Below are positions 35,346 to 46,900 of a stretch of 64,000 bases of DNA, piece by piece. Source of the stretch: Camelus dromedarius (Eukaryota); NCBI RefSeq assembly GCF_036321535.1, contig NC_087459.1, positions 28,768,001-28,832,000 on the forward strand. The letters run 5' to 3'. The notes below the pieces were generated by a model, which was given only the letters and a program-made list of their open reading frames with translations, was not told the DNA's origin and did not search any database. Each line of letters begins with the position of its first letter. Position 1 is the first letter of the stretch. The position numbers and the translations under genes were made by a program.

Positions 35346-37979
35346 AGTTGGATCATGGAAACCTGTTAGGCTGTTGGAAGACTGGTTATATCATAGAACA
35401 GTACAGTGCTGAGCAGCTCATAGTTGACTGTGGAAGGCAAACAAGATGAACAAGACAGCGTGACCAGGGCTTAGCTGGGAGCGTGCGCAGTGTTCGGTAG
35501 ACCCCCAATGTGACCTTGGGGGATCCAATGTTTTCCAAAGGAAGCAATGGCTCAGCTGAGGCAGGACTGTCCAGCAGTGGGGCTCATATCCTGTGCAGCC
35601 CCTCCTGTTACAATGGAGAGGTCTGGAAGGTCTGAGCTCCAGGAGGTAGGGAAGGAAGAAGAAACCAGCAGAGGATTCAAAGGAGTGGTTGATGAGATAG
35701 GAGGAAAACCAAGGGAGTAGGGCCATCTGGAAGCCAGGTGAAGAAAGCATTTCTTGGAGGAAGGAGTGACCAGCTGCATCATATGCTGCTGACAGGCCAC
35801 ACAAGATAATGGCCCAGTGGATTTAGCAATGTAGAGGTCATTGGTGACTTGACAAGCAACTACCCTAGGCTGACCAAAGACCTTAGCTCATGGCAGAAAG
35901 GAATTCTGAATGCAATAAATAATTGTAAGGACGATTTTTATCTGCTAATTAACAATAAGCACAGTTTATGAACTATCAGTTCATTATTCAGGTTGTATGT
36001 CTTTCCATGGCATCTAAAATATGTTTTCCAGATTTTGACATACCGATAAATATAAAGGTTAGCAATTCGGGTGGGGGAAGCCAGGCCCCGTAATACACTG
36101 ATTTGACACTAAGATGGCCCTTTTCGTTTTGCATTTCATTTAAGGCAAACACCACAGGGGAATTTGTCATTAGGAAAAAAGGCAGAGCATGGCAGTTTAG
36201 TCTTACTTGAGACCTCCCTTTTAACTCGATTAATCATCTAACCACATCTCTTTGTTTAGTTCAAAAGCTTCCAAATTGAAAATAACACAGACCAAGACAT
36301 TTTCCAGCACAGTACCTAAAGAAACAAAAAACAGCTTAGGTTAGGTCCAAGTGATTGCTTCACAATTTTGTCTTTAATTTTGTATGGGAGATTCACAGTT
36401 CTGGTTTGTTTCCTTTCTCAAAGAGGGTGCTTAGACGATTCCATTTCCACCATGTCATCGGCAGCAGAAGCATTCCCACTTTACAGGTGGGGGAGTTACT
36501 TGGTCAGGGTCACAAGCTGGTATGCGGGGAACCTGGGTGATCCATGACTCTAGTCTTCTATCCCGCAGTCCAGTGTTCTCTCTTGGACACAGTGCATCTA
36601 GTGAGTGGGTACTACTCTCTTATCAGCAACATTTTATGATAGCATTCGAAGCCCTCACCTGAAGTTTCACTTCAGTTCTCATCCAACTAGCAATCCAGAT
36701 CCTCTTCTCCCATCAGCCTGGATTGTCAGACACTATTCTAAGGCTGATGGCCACTTTTCTTAAATCTACCCAAATCCTGCCCTTCCTTCCAGTTCAGCAC
36801 AGGACCCCACTGTCCCTGACTGCTTCTCCCATTTCTCCACCATAATTTACTAATTGACATTTGCTAATTGACAATCAAAACATTCTAAGACCTTATTCAG
36901 AGGGTAGACTACTGGTAACTTTAATTGCCCAGGACACAATCTAGAAAAGTTAAAAAAACGAAAAGCTTTTGAGTAAGCAGAAACTGTCATCAACTTAAGA
37001 ACTTTATTCTAGGAGAAGAATTCTGACCCAAGATTGGATTCAGTTGATACATTTTTATACAGGGTTAAATTAACAATCTGAGTATTGTGGACCCTACTAG
37101 CCAACACTTGTGGAGTGCTTGCTTGCTCTGTGCCACGCACTGTGTTAAGTGCTTTACCATACAATTCAGAGACCCAGAGATTAATAAAGTTGCCCAAGGT
37201 CACAGTCAGTAATGGATGGAACCAGCACACAAGCCATTGCTTTAAACAATGCATTTTCCAGCCTGTGAGCAAGCAGCTCCACTGATGACACTGAGGCAGG
37301 AATCCTGAAGAAAGTCAAGGGAACTGAAAAAAATCAGACGCTAAAACTACAAGTGCATTGAAGCCTGGGATGTACTTGGTGCAAGAACAAAGGGCCTTCC
37401 TGGTAGCTCGGGAGGTCCACGTTCCCTTATGGCGTAACACAGGGGACTCAAGCTTCAAGTCTGAATTTACCTTTCCCTGTCCTGAGAAGAATTATATTGT
37501 TTGGCTGCTTTAGGAAGCAGAGAGATAGAATAACTTTCAAAGAAAATGGTGAAAACATATACAAAACTTTTTCATCCTAAAGAGTTGAAGGAATCGGAAA
37601 AACCATTCTTGAAAATCTCCTTTTTAAACAAAGGAGGTGTCAATCTACTTCTCATATTTGCATAGTAGTTTCTCTCTTTTCAGTCTTTCACACTCACCTA
37701 TTTCAATTCTTTCAGCACTCTGGGAAGGGAGTGGAATGGGGGCCCGGGATGGGGCGGAGGAAAGCATCAATGCCTTACTATGAAACAGAAACTGAGGCCA
37801 GAAAGGGTGAACTCTTTTGCCCATGAGGTCTAGAGGGCTAAGGGGTGGCGGAGCCATAAAGAAACTCCAGATCTCACCAGCCAGTGCCGCCTTGGACTGT
37901 TTCTAAATCATTAAGTCCTTCATTTATTTCATATATCCCATGATGTCGGATGAACACATGTCTGGATATATGTGGTCTC

Positions 37980-39250
37980 CTTCAACCCAGGCGGGCTTCC
38001 TGGATGAAGCCGACTGTCGGGGAGGCCGGCGGCTGTGCTAGCCTAGGCCTCCGTCGCGATGGTCGGGCGTCACGTGCCCGGGGGGCAGCGCGGGGGCACC
38101 CTGGGGACACGCCATCCCCCAGCCCACAGTAAGCCGTGTCACGTGAGGTACCGGGCTCACGGGTCACGTGCCGGGGGGGGTGTCGGGGGCGGCGGGCGTC
38201 CGGGCCGCGCCCTCGGGGCACTCGGGGAGCGGGCCAGGCCGTGAGGGTCGGAGCGGGCAGNNNNNNNNNNNNNNNNNNNNNNNNNNNNNNNNNNNNNNNN
38301 NNNNNNNNNNNNNNNNNNNNNNNNNNNNNNNNNNNNNNNNNNNNNNNNNNNNNNNNNNNNNNNNNNNNNNNNNNNNNNNNNNNNNNNNNNNNNNNNNNNN
38401 NNNNNNNNNNNNNNNNNNNNNNNNNNNNNNNNNNNNCCCCCCGGCCCGCCGCGCGTCGCCAACGCCCCGGGACCGGAGCCTCGCGCCGCCCGCCCGCCGC
38501 GGTAAGCGCCCGGCGGCCCCGCGGACCCCGGCCCGCGGCCGGGCCCAGGCCAGGCCCGCCCCCGACGCCGAGGCGGCCGCGCCGAGCCTGCGAGAGCCAG
38601 AGCGGGAGCGCGGGCCGCCGGCACGGACCCTCCCCCGTCTCCTCCCGAGGCCGCCGCCCCCGCCTCTCGGTGCGCCCGCCCTCCGGTCCTCCCCCCGCGC
38701 GGGCCGGGTCCCCGCGCCGCCCCGAGGGAGGCCGGCCCCTTCCAGGGGGCCGGCCGCCCGCGCCCCACGCCCCACGCACCTGGCGCCCCCTCCCTGAAGG
38801 GCACACTGTCCTCCCCGACCGGCCCGCCTCCTTCCTACTGCCTTGCTCCTAACGGTCGCCCTGCGGCCCCTCAGAAGCCCGGCCGGGGCTCCCCACCTCC
38901 CCGCTCCCGCGTCCTCCGCGCGGGGGCCCCCGACCCTAATGCCCGGCGCTCCCCGCAGATTTCCCTCAGCGTTCCTCCGGGTTCTCATCGGAATTAGCTG
39001 GGCCCTGCGGGTCTTAAAGTCCAAGCGTTCCGTGACTGGCTAACGTGGAAGCCTTTCCCCATAACCAAAGCAACTCGTCTGGGTCTTCGCCTCAGTTTCC
39101 TTTCAGCGAGCGACAGTAGTGCTTGGTCATTGGGGTCTCCTTCCTCCGGGTTCCTCGGCCGTATGAAACACCCTTCCCAGCCCATCTCCCCTGAGCAGCA
39201 CCTCCCTGGCCACGGCCCCGCATTCTTTGCTTCCCCCTCCACCGCCCCCC
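37980..39250 (+). promoter_or_regulatory. GIGYF1: GIGYF1 CpG-island promoter and non-coding exon 1 (donor after 38501)
   Basis: Very GC/CpG-rich; three GTCACGTG E-boxes with CACGTG cores at 38071, 38140 and 38165; donor CCGCG|gtaagc at 38501/38502; interrupted by the N-gap 38261-38436. Confidence 0.8.
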
Positions 39251-41859
39251 CCCCCCCGTTAACTTTAAAGAGACCCTCACCTCGCACGTCTTCCTCAGTC
39301 ATTCCAGAATTAAGCTTCCAGGTCTGGTTTGAAGATACGGCCCAGCCTTGGGAGATGCTCAGCTAGCACTTGTTGGCGGGCCCTTTCCTCCACCACCCCA
39401 GTCTCACTCCCTCTTCTCATTGCTGCTTTTCCAAAGATCAGCCTCCACAACCTCTCCTCTTCCCCGAGAGCTGATGTGCGGTTGCAGTTTGGCCCCCACC
39501 CCTTGGCTTCGCACCTGAAACACCATGAGTACTAATAGGCTGGTCCCCTTTGCTGGTCACAGTGTGAGAGTTTGCTCTGTGGCTCCTTCATCTGTATTGT
39601 TTCCTGTGCAGTCCCAGGCCACCCACCCTCATTCCAGCCTCAGTTTACCTCCTAGATGGTAGGTCTATCATGTCATTGGGCAGGGTTGAAGCAGATCTGG
39701 GCTTTGTGTTGCTGCCATAACCTGGGGACTAGGGGCCTCGAGGGTCCCATTTGGTGATTACAGTCAAGTGAGTTGTGTTCTTACACTCATGGCCTGGCTT
39801 TTTTGGCCAGTGGATGTGGCAGCATTGTGTGTAGTTTGATGGCTTAAAGGACCCCGGTTTGCCCTGGGTTTTACGTCTGTAGTTGGCAGCTTGGGATAGA
39901 AAAAAACAGCCCCACTTTAGAGCAGAAGAGGTGAGAAGAGGTGGCTCTGGGAAGGATTTTTTAAAATTTCTAACAAAAAATTTGTAATGAGATGAAAAGT
40001 GGTTTAAAATTCACAAAGTGTGCTTGCGAGTTTGGGGTGGTTCCTGCTGCATGTGTGCCCTTTCTCCAGTCTGGGGTAGGGTCTCAGGGACGTCAGGGCT
40101 CCTATTAGGGTAGCTTCAGCCTCCCTTCCTTGTTTTCCTTGGCCAGAGCCCAAGCCTGGGCAAGTGGGCAGACGGGATCAAATGAGGTGAAGTGTGAAAG
40201 TGCTTTGAAAACGTTAACTACTAGACATGCCACAGGGCGTTGTCGTGATGGCTCAGAGCTGGGATGACTGACCAGCCAGGAAGAACATGGGCTTGTACCT
40301 CTTTTTAAGCCTCAGAGTTCTCATCAGACCACGCGTGGAGTCTCTTTCCATCCTGAGAAAGGGCGGAGTCACCACCACCAGGCTTGGGGCTGGGCGGTTG
40401 CTCAAATGTTGGAGAATTTGGGACTCCACTTCTGTTAATAGTGGTGCCTTCTTGTGCCAAGGCACATTGCTCTGGATTAGGGCTAATTTTAGGGGTGATG
40501 GAATGAGGAAATAATGTTCTTAACTTAGTGTGTACTGGGACAGTCTAGTCTCTGGATCTTATTCTTCTCCTGTGAGTTCTGAACCCCAAAGAACACGCTC
40601 CCCTCCTGTTCCCTCAAGCTTCCCTCCCTGGGTGTTGTGAGCACGCAGGACCAGTGTGTGTCCTCTCCCTTCGACTCCGGCAGGGGGCAGTCTTTTAATA
40701 GCAATAATTCAGAAGCCTGGGGACTGAGGGTATACTGTGGCTTGAGGAGGAGAAGGCCGGACGGGGCTGGGTAGAGAGGCAGACAGATGCTGAAGGGTGG
40801 GGGGGAGCTGGACACCCTGAGACCTGGTAGCCAGGAACAGATATTGTCCCCAGGAACAGATATTGCCTGCCACCTCCTGCTCTTTCCTTCACTGGAAAGG
40901 AATCCATTCGCTTGGCTTTGAGAGTTTGTGGTAGAGAAACTTAAGACAAGTTTTTTTAATCTATTCTTTTCTTGAGGATTTCCCTCTTGGCAGGAACTCA
41001 GGTTTCGCTCATGGGACAGTGTAATCAGAGGGTGCTTTCCTTGCTCTTCAGAGGGGAGAATGAGCTGGAGTAAATTTGGATTCTCTTGTCTTCAGTTCTT
41101 CCCCATAAACAGACAATAGGTGTTACCTCTGCCCGAGGCTTGTGGGAGGGTTTCTCGGCTGCCACTGTTGATAACCTGAGGCCAGATCCTGTGCACTGTG
41201 GGATGTTTAACAGCATCCCTGGCCTCTGTACGCTGGATGCCAGTAGCACTTCTCCACCAAAAGTGCCTCCAGATGTTGCCACATAACCCCTGGGGAGCAG
41301 GATTGCCCCGGGTTGAGAACCTCCAGCTTTGAGGAGGCACATGGACAAGACGCAGACCTGTGTGGAGCTCTGGAACCGGGTGGTGTGCTGCTCGCAGTCT
41401 GAGGAGGGGCCAGGCACCCACCAGCTCCTGTGACCCCGTCCTCCTGGGGCTGGGCCCACCCAGGCACTTGACCTTTCTCACCAACTCCTCCTCTGCATCC
41501 TCTTGCCTGACTGCCTCTCTCTCACCTTTGCAGTTTCCCTGCTTCTCACACCGGGAGCCAGCCACTCTTCCTCAGTTTGCTGCTTAGGACGGAAAGGCGC
41601 CAGCTGGAAGTGGAAAGCACCCTTTTTGTGCCACTCCCTGGAAGGGTGGGAGGGTGAGTTGTCCCCTTCCTGTACCCTCGCCCCACAGCAGCCTTCCATG
41701 CCCACAGGACTCTTGGTCTCGTAGGTCCAGAAGATGAGGCTCTTCTGGGGTGAACTAGAGGAGGCTCAGAACAGCCTCTCCCGAGTTTGTCTGAAGGAAC
41801 TGGGGTGTTTTTCTTGGAGTGGGGAAGACATAGGTATGCGATAGCTATCCCCACGTTTT

Positions 41860-42200
41860 TTTTTTCCCCTAAACCTTTTATTTAATGGTGGTAAGATAAG
41901 ACATGCACCATCTTAACCATTTTTAAGGGCACAGTTCTGTGATGTCAGATATGTTCACTTTGTTGTGCAACCGTCCATCCCATCTCCAGAATGTATTCAT
42001 CTGCCTCATTTAAGCTGAAACTCTATGCATATTAGATGACTCCCCACTCCCCTAGTCCCCCAGCCCTGACACACCGTTCTCTCTGTCTCTCCGAATTTGA
42101 CTCCCTTGGGAATCTCACATACGAGGAATCATCCAGTATTTGTTCTTTTTGTGACTGGCGTGTTTTACTTAGCTAATGTTTTTGAGATTCATTCATTGGC
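41860..42200 (-). mobile_element. L1M 3' end fragment, antisense, in GIGYF1 intron 1
   Basis: T-run followed by ttaaccatttttaag...ttgtgcaacc...catctccagaa...gaatcatccagtatttg...tttttgagattcat, the reverse of an old L1 3'UTR. Confidence 0.8.
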
Positions 42201-43986
42201 CAGATTACGTCAGGGTTGTAGTGTAGAAAGAACTAAGTGTTGTCCTGGGAGGCCTACTTGAATTGAATGCAAAAAAAGAACTTTTCAACAGGCTTGTCTC
42301 TTCCGACGGCTGAGTGTGCCGTGGCGCACTCTGTCTCCAGAAGTGTCCAGCTGGGGCTGCTGTAAAAGAGATGCCTGTGCCAGGGGAGGTCAGCCCTGCT
42401 CTAGGTGGTCTCAAAAGCTGCGTTTCACTAGGATGCTGGGATCCTGGGGGTGGGTCCTGTGTCTGTCATGGAGTTTGCTTTGTCTTCTGGTCTGTAGCTA
42501 CAGGGTAAAGCCTCTTTCCTCTGGCTCTTGTGGTAGAAACCCTTCTTCCTCCTTCCTTCCCAGAGTTGTGGAGTCTTGGAGTTGATGGGAACTGTGGAGG
42601 AACCCCGGTCCAGCCACACCCCCAGCCACTGAGGGAAGCCCTCACTCGGCTCCCTGAGAACCTGCCCACCAGCCTCTGCTGGGAACCACCAGGGATGAGC
42701 CACCTCCTGAGAGCCTCCTCTGCTGTTCCTTAGCCGGATAGGTCACTGCCGCCGCGGCTGCTTCTGTCAGCCTCAGTAACTGACCTTGTTTCTACTTTAT
42801 GGTGAGAGAGCCTGCTTCCTAGGCTGTATCGCAGTAACACTGCGCCCTTTTTGGCTCTTTGTACTTATAATCGAACTCTCCCTGATCCCAGGGAGAGGGC
42901 CTGGGTGTTGATTCCTGTTTGATAAATGGGCCCTGGGCACACTGGCTGGACTTGCCTGCCTGCAGCCTTCAGCGTGTGCCCCTTCTCTGGCCTTGGCATA
43001 GGCCCCTTGCTCCCTTTTACCGGGTTTCTTCCCGAACCGAGTCCCTGAGTTCTAGCCACCAAGCAGCCAAACCTGAGTTTTTTCAGGAGAGGTAATGTTG
43101 CTTCTAGATCAATTTCTAATCCACTTCATAACTAGCCTTTTCTTGCTCTGGAGTATTTGTGGCCCTAGTGGGTTTTTTGCTTGCTTGTTTGTGTGTGTTT
43201 TGTCTTTGTCCTAAATATCTACTGAATGCTGGGCCACTTGGTGAGGGTGCTGAGCTGTGGAGAGGTGCCTGGCGCTCTGCCACACCTCGAGCACCTCAGC
43301 CAGGCTTTGCTGAGTGGACTGACTGCTCATGAGGCCTGATGTGTGGAGGGCATAGGTGAGGAGGAGCAGGGCCCATTGTCCCCTGTGCTATAACGAGCAG
43401 CCTCTAGGCAGCTGTGGGTCTTTCTGTTAGGCAGGGTAGAGGAGGGCTGGAGGCAGGGAGGTCTGTCTGACCATTAATTTAACCCCATTTTCTTCCCTTC
43501 ATCTCTCGTTAAGGATCTTTCCCAGATGTGAAGGTCCCTCCCTGGGCACCACTCTAGACTAACGATCAGTTTTTTGGGGACCCTCGTTCACTCCAGCACA
43601 GGCCCTTGCCTGGAGAGAGCCCGGCCCTTGCCCTACCTGCTTCCCTGGGCAAGGCTGCCAGGTGAGTCTGGGCCGGAGGGAGGGCAGTCCCCTGCAGAAG
43701 CAGGAATGGGCTCTAACTGCCTGTTTCCTCCCCTCCCCAGGTCTTCCCACGTGACTCTGGTTAACTCATGGTGTGAGTGGCACGTGGCCGGCTTAGGGGA
43801 GTCCTCGTAGAGCCCATTACTGTGCCTGTGTAGGTGGGGACCTATTCCCCATCCTCTTGGCTTCTCCAGGTGTGCTGTCTCCAAGGCCCAGTGTCCCCCA
43901 CGCCTCCACAGGTGTTTGGAGAGTGAACGCCAGGTACCCCTCCCCTGCACATCTCCTCTGACCTCTCAGACACGCCCAGTTCCACA

Positions 43987-46900
43987 ATGGCAGCAGAGAC
44001 CCTCAACTTTGGGCCCGAGTGGTGAGTCTGACATGCTTTGGGTGGTGTGGAGAAGCAGGGAAGAATAAGGCTGCTCAGGTTCCTGTCTTCTCGTTTCCTT
44101 CTTCCAGGCTGAGGGCCCTCTCTAGTGGTGGCAGTGTAGCCTCCCCACCCCCATCCCCCGCCATGCCCAAATACAAGCTGGCCGACTACCGCTACGGGCG
44201 AGAGGAGATGCTGGCTCTCTATGTCAAGGAGAGCAAGGTAGGGGGTGCAGTGTGGCCCGGTTGCCCGGTTGCCCACTTGGTCTCAGCCAGTGGAGAGGTC
44301 CCAGGAGCATGTGGTGCCTCCTGCCCGATTGACAGGTCCCCGATGAGCTGCAGGACAAGGAGTTCGCCGCGGTGCTACAGGAGGAGCCTCTGCAGCCCCT
44401 GGCGCTGGAGCCGCTGACGGAGGAGGAGCAGGTGGAGCCAGGCCTGGGCAGCTGCAGTGCTGGGCGCTGTCCTCACCTTGGAAGAGGGGCTGGAGTTGGG
44501 AGGGCAGGTGGTGGAGGTAGTGGTTCTGGATGGGGTGGTGGTGGCCGGGGCTGGGTGCCTGGGTCCTCACTCCCACCCCTGGCTCCCTCCTCAGAGAAAC
44601 TTCTCCCTGTCAGTGAACAGTGTGGCTGTGCTGAGGCTGATGGGGAAGGGGGCCGGCCCCCCCCTTGGTGGCGCCTCCCGTGGCAGGGGCAGCACTCGAA
44701 GCCGAGGTAGAGGGGGGTGATGACATGTTCCAGGGCGGGCAGAGGTGGGGCCTGTGGTCTTGAGGATTTGGAGAGGTGATCCGGTTGGTTTCCTATGTGT
44801 ACCTTGTTCCTTCTCCAGGCCGCGGTCGTGGTGACACTTGCTTTTACCAAAGAAGCATTGAAGAAAGCGACGGGACCTTTGGCCGAAACCCCCGGGAGAT
44901 CCAGCGTAGCCAGAGTTGGGATGACAGGTGCAGGCTGGAAGGAGGTGGCACAGAGAGAGCTGAGAGAGGGTCTGATGGAGGGAGGCTTGGGTTTTGTCAT
45001 CAGAGGGCACCAGGAGACCCACCAAAAAAGCCCTGGTCAGAGAGCTCTCTCTCCAGCCCTCTGACCCCCTGTGGCCCTGCCCTTTTCCTTCCACTCTCTG
45101 TGAACCCCTTTCGGCTCCCTCCCAAGCCCAGTCCCCACCCCCAACCCAGGGCAAAATGGACAAGGTGAGCAGAGATCCCACAGGTGGGGAGGAAACTGTC
45201 CTCTGATCCACACTTTTCTGTCCTGCAGAGGCGAGAGGCGGTTTGAGAAGTCAGCCAGGAGGGATGGAGGTATGGAGAGTGGCAAGGGTGGTGGCCAGGC
45301 CCTGGAGGTCATTGAGAGGTGGGGGAGGACTGAAATGGGTGACCCCAGTTGGGGGATGTTTCCTGGGGGAGGTGGTGGGGCAGGAGGGCCCGGAGCTGGG
45401 CTTCTCTTTACCGACAAGGTGCGTATAGTAAGATTCTTGCAGGGACTGCGGCTGCCATCCGCTGACTGTGTCTTCCCTACCCCCAAGCACGATCCGGGTT
45501 TGAGGAGGGAGGGGCTGGCCCGAGGAAGGAGCATGCCCGCTCAGATAGCGAGAACTGGCGTTCTCTCCGAGAGGAGCAAGAGGAAGAGGAGGAGGGCAGC
45601 TGGAGACTTGGGGCAGGACCCCGACGAGATGGCGACCGTTGGCGCTCAGCCAGCCCTGGTGAGACTGGGGCCTGGACGGGCGTGGGGTGGTGGGCGGCGA
45701 GAACCTCCCATGAGGGTGGGTGCAGAGAGTTCCAGAGTGGGGCTGGTAGGAGAGCCATCCCGGAAATGCTGGTGGTTCTGGGCAGTGGAGGGGGCCTGGG
45801 GTGGGTCGCAGAAGAGCGGATCTGGCTTGACTAGGATACCGATTCTCCACCTTTTCCTGCCCAGATGGCGGCCCCCGCTCTGCTGGCTGGCGGGAACATG
45901 GGGACCGGCGTCGCAAGTTTGACTTTGATTTGCGAGGGGATCGAGGAGGGTGTGGTGAAGAGGAGGGGCGGGGTGGGGGAGGCAGCTCTCACCTCCGGAG
46001 GTGCCGAGGGGCTGACGGCTTTGATGACGACAAGGATGGGCTCCCAGAGTGGTGCCTGGACGATGAGGATGAAGAAATGGGCACCTTTGATGCCTCCGGG
46101 GCCTTCTTGCCTCTCAAGGTATTTGCTAGGAGGCGAGGGGGAGATTTTCCTTAGAGGTTGGTGGGAACCTGCCCTGAGGGGGTCCTCTCACTCCACCCAT
46201 TTATCCTTGGCTCCTCATTTCCCAATCCTATCCCCTAACCCATGCAGAAGGGCCCCAAGGAGCCCATTCCCGAGGAGCAGGAGCTCGACTTCCAGGGTCT
46301 GGAGGAAGAGGAGGAAGAGCCTTCCGAAGGGCTGGACGAGGAAGGGCCCGAGGCAGGTGAGCCTGCGGCCTTGAGCTGGGTTCGAGGATGCTGCTTTCTG
46401 CCTGCCTTCGGGAGAAGGCTGCTTACACACAGGAGAAAAGCAGGTGCTGACACGGTGTGGGGAGGAACTAGGAAACAGCAGGGCTGTGTTTGAAAAGCTG
46501 AGTGTCAGATAAAAATCAAAGCAGGATCAAAATGACCTTTGAAAATCACTCAAGGAATCTGTACGACAAGGCGTTAAGTCAATGGCGTGGTGGGTACAGC
46601 TGTGGATGGTGATGTGGAGGCACGTCCATTACTGGCAGGGCAGAAGAGGAAGTGTGTGCGGTGGGGTGTGTGGTGTTAGTTCACCAAGCGTTAGTGGACT
46701 TGACCAAAGTTACGTGGGTGGGCTCAATACCTAGAGGCCCTTCTGGCCACAAATGGAGGGTTTGTGCTAAATCATTTTTAAGGCCTTCCAGCTCTTTGGT
46801 TTTGCATTCTAGTAATTATCCTTTCCTTTCAGGAGGGAAGGAACTGACCCCACTGCCTCCTCAAGAGGAGAAGTCCAGCTCCCCATCCCCACTGCCTACC

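Noticed and set aside
37982-39024. Several ORFs over 200 aa in the GIGYF1 CpG island
   Set aside because: They span an N-gap and low-complexity GC-rich sequence; artefacts.
45865-46374. 169-aa ORF starting at an ATG at the start of a GIGYF1 exon
   Set aside because: The ATG is out of frame and formed by the exon's first bases (AT of GAT plus G); the true frame is the spliced GIGYF1 CDS.
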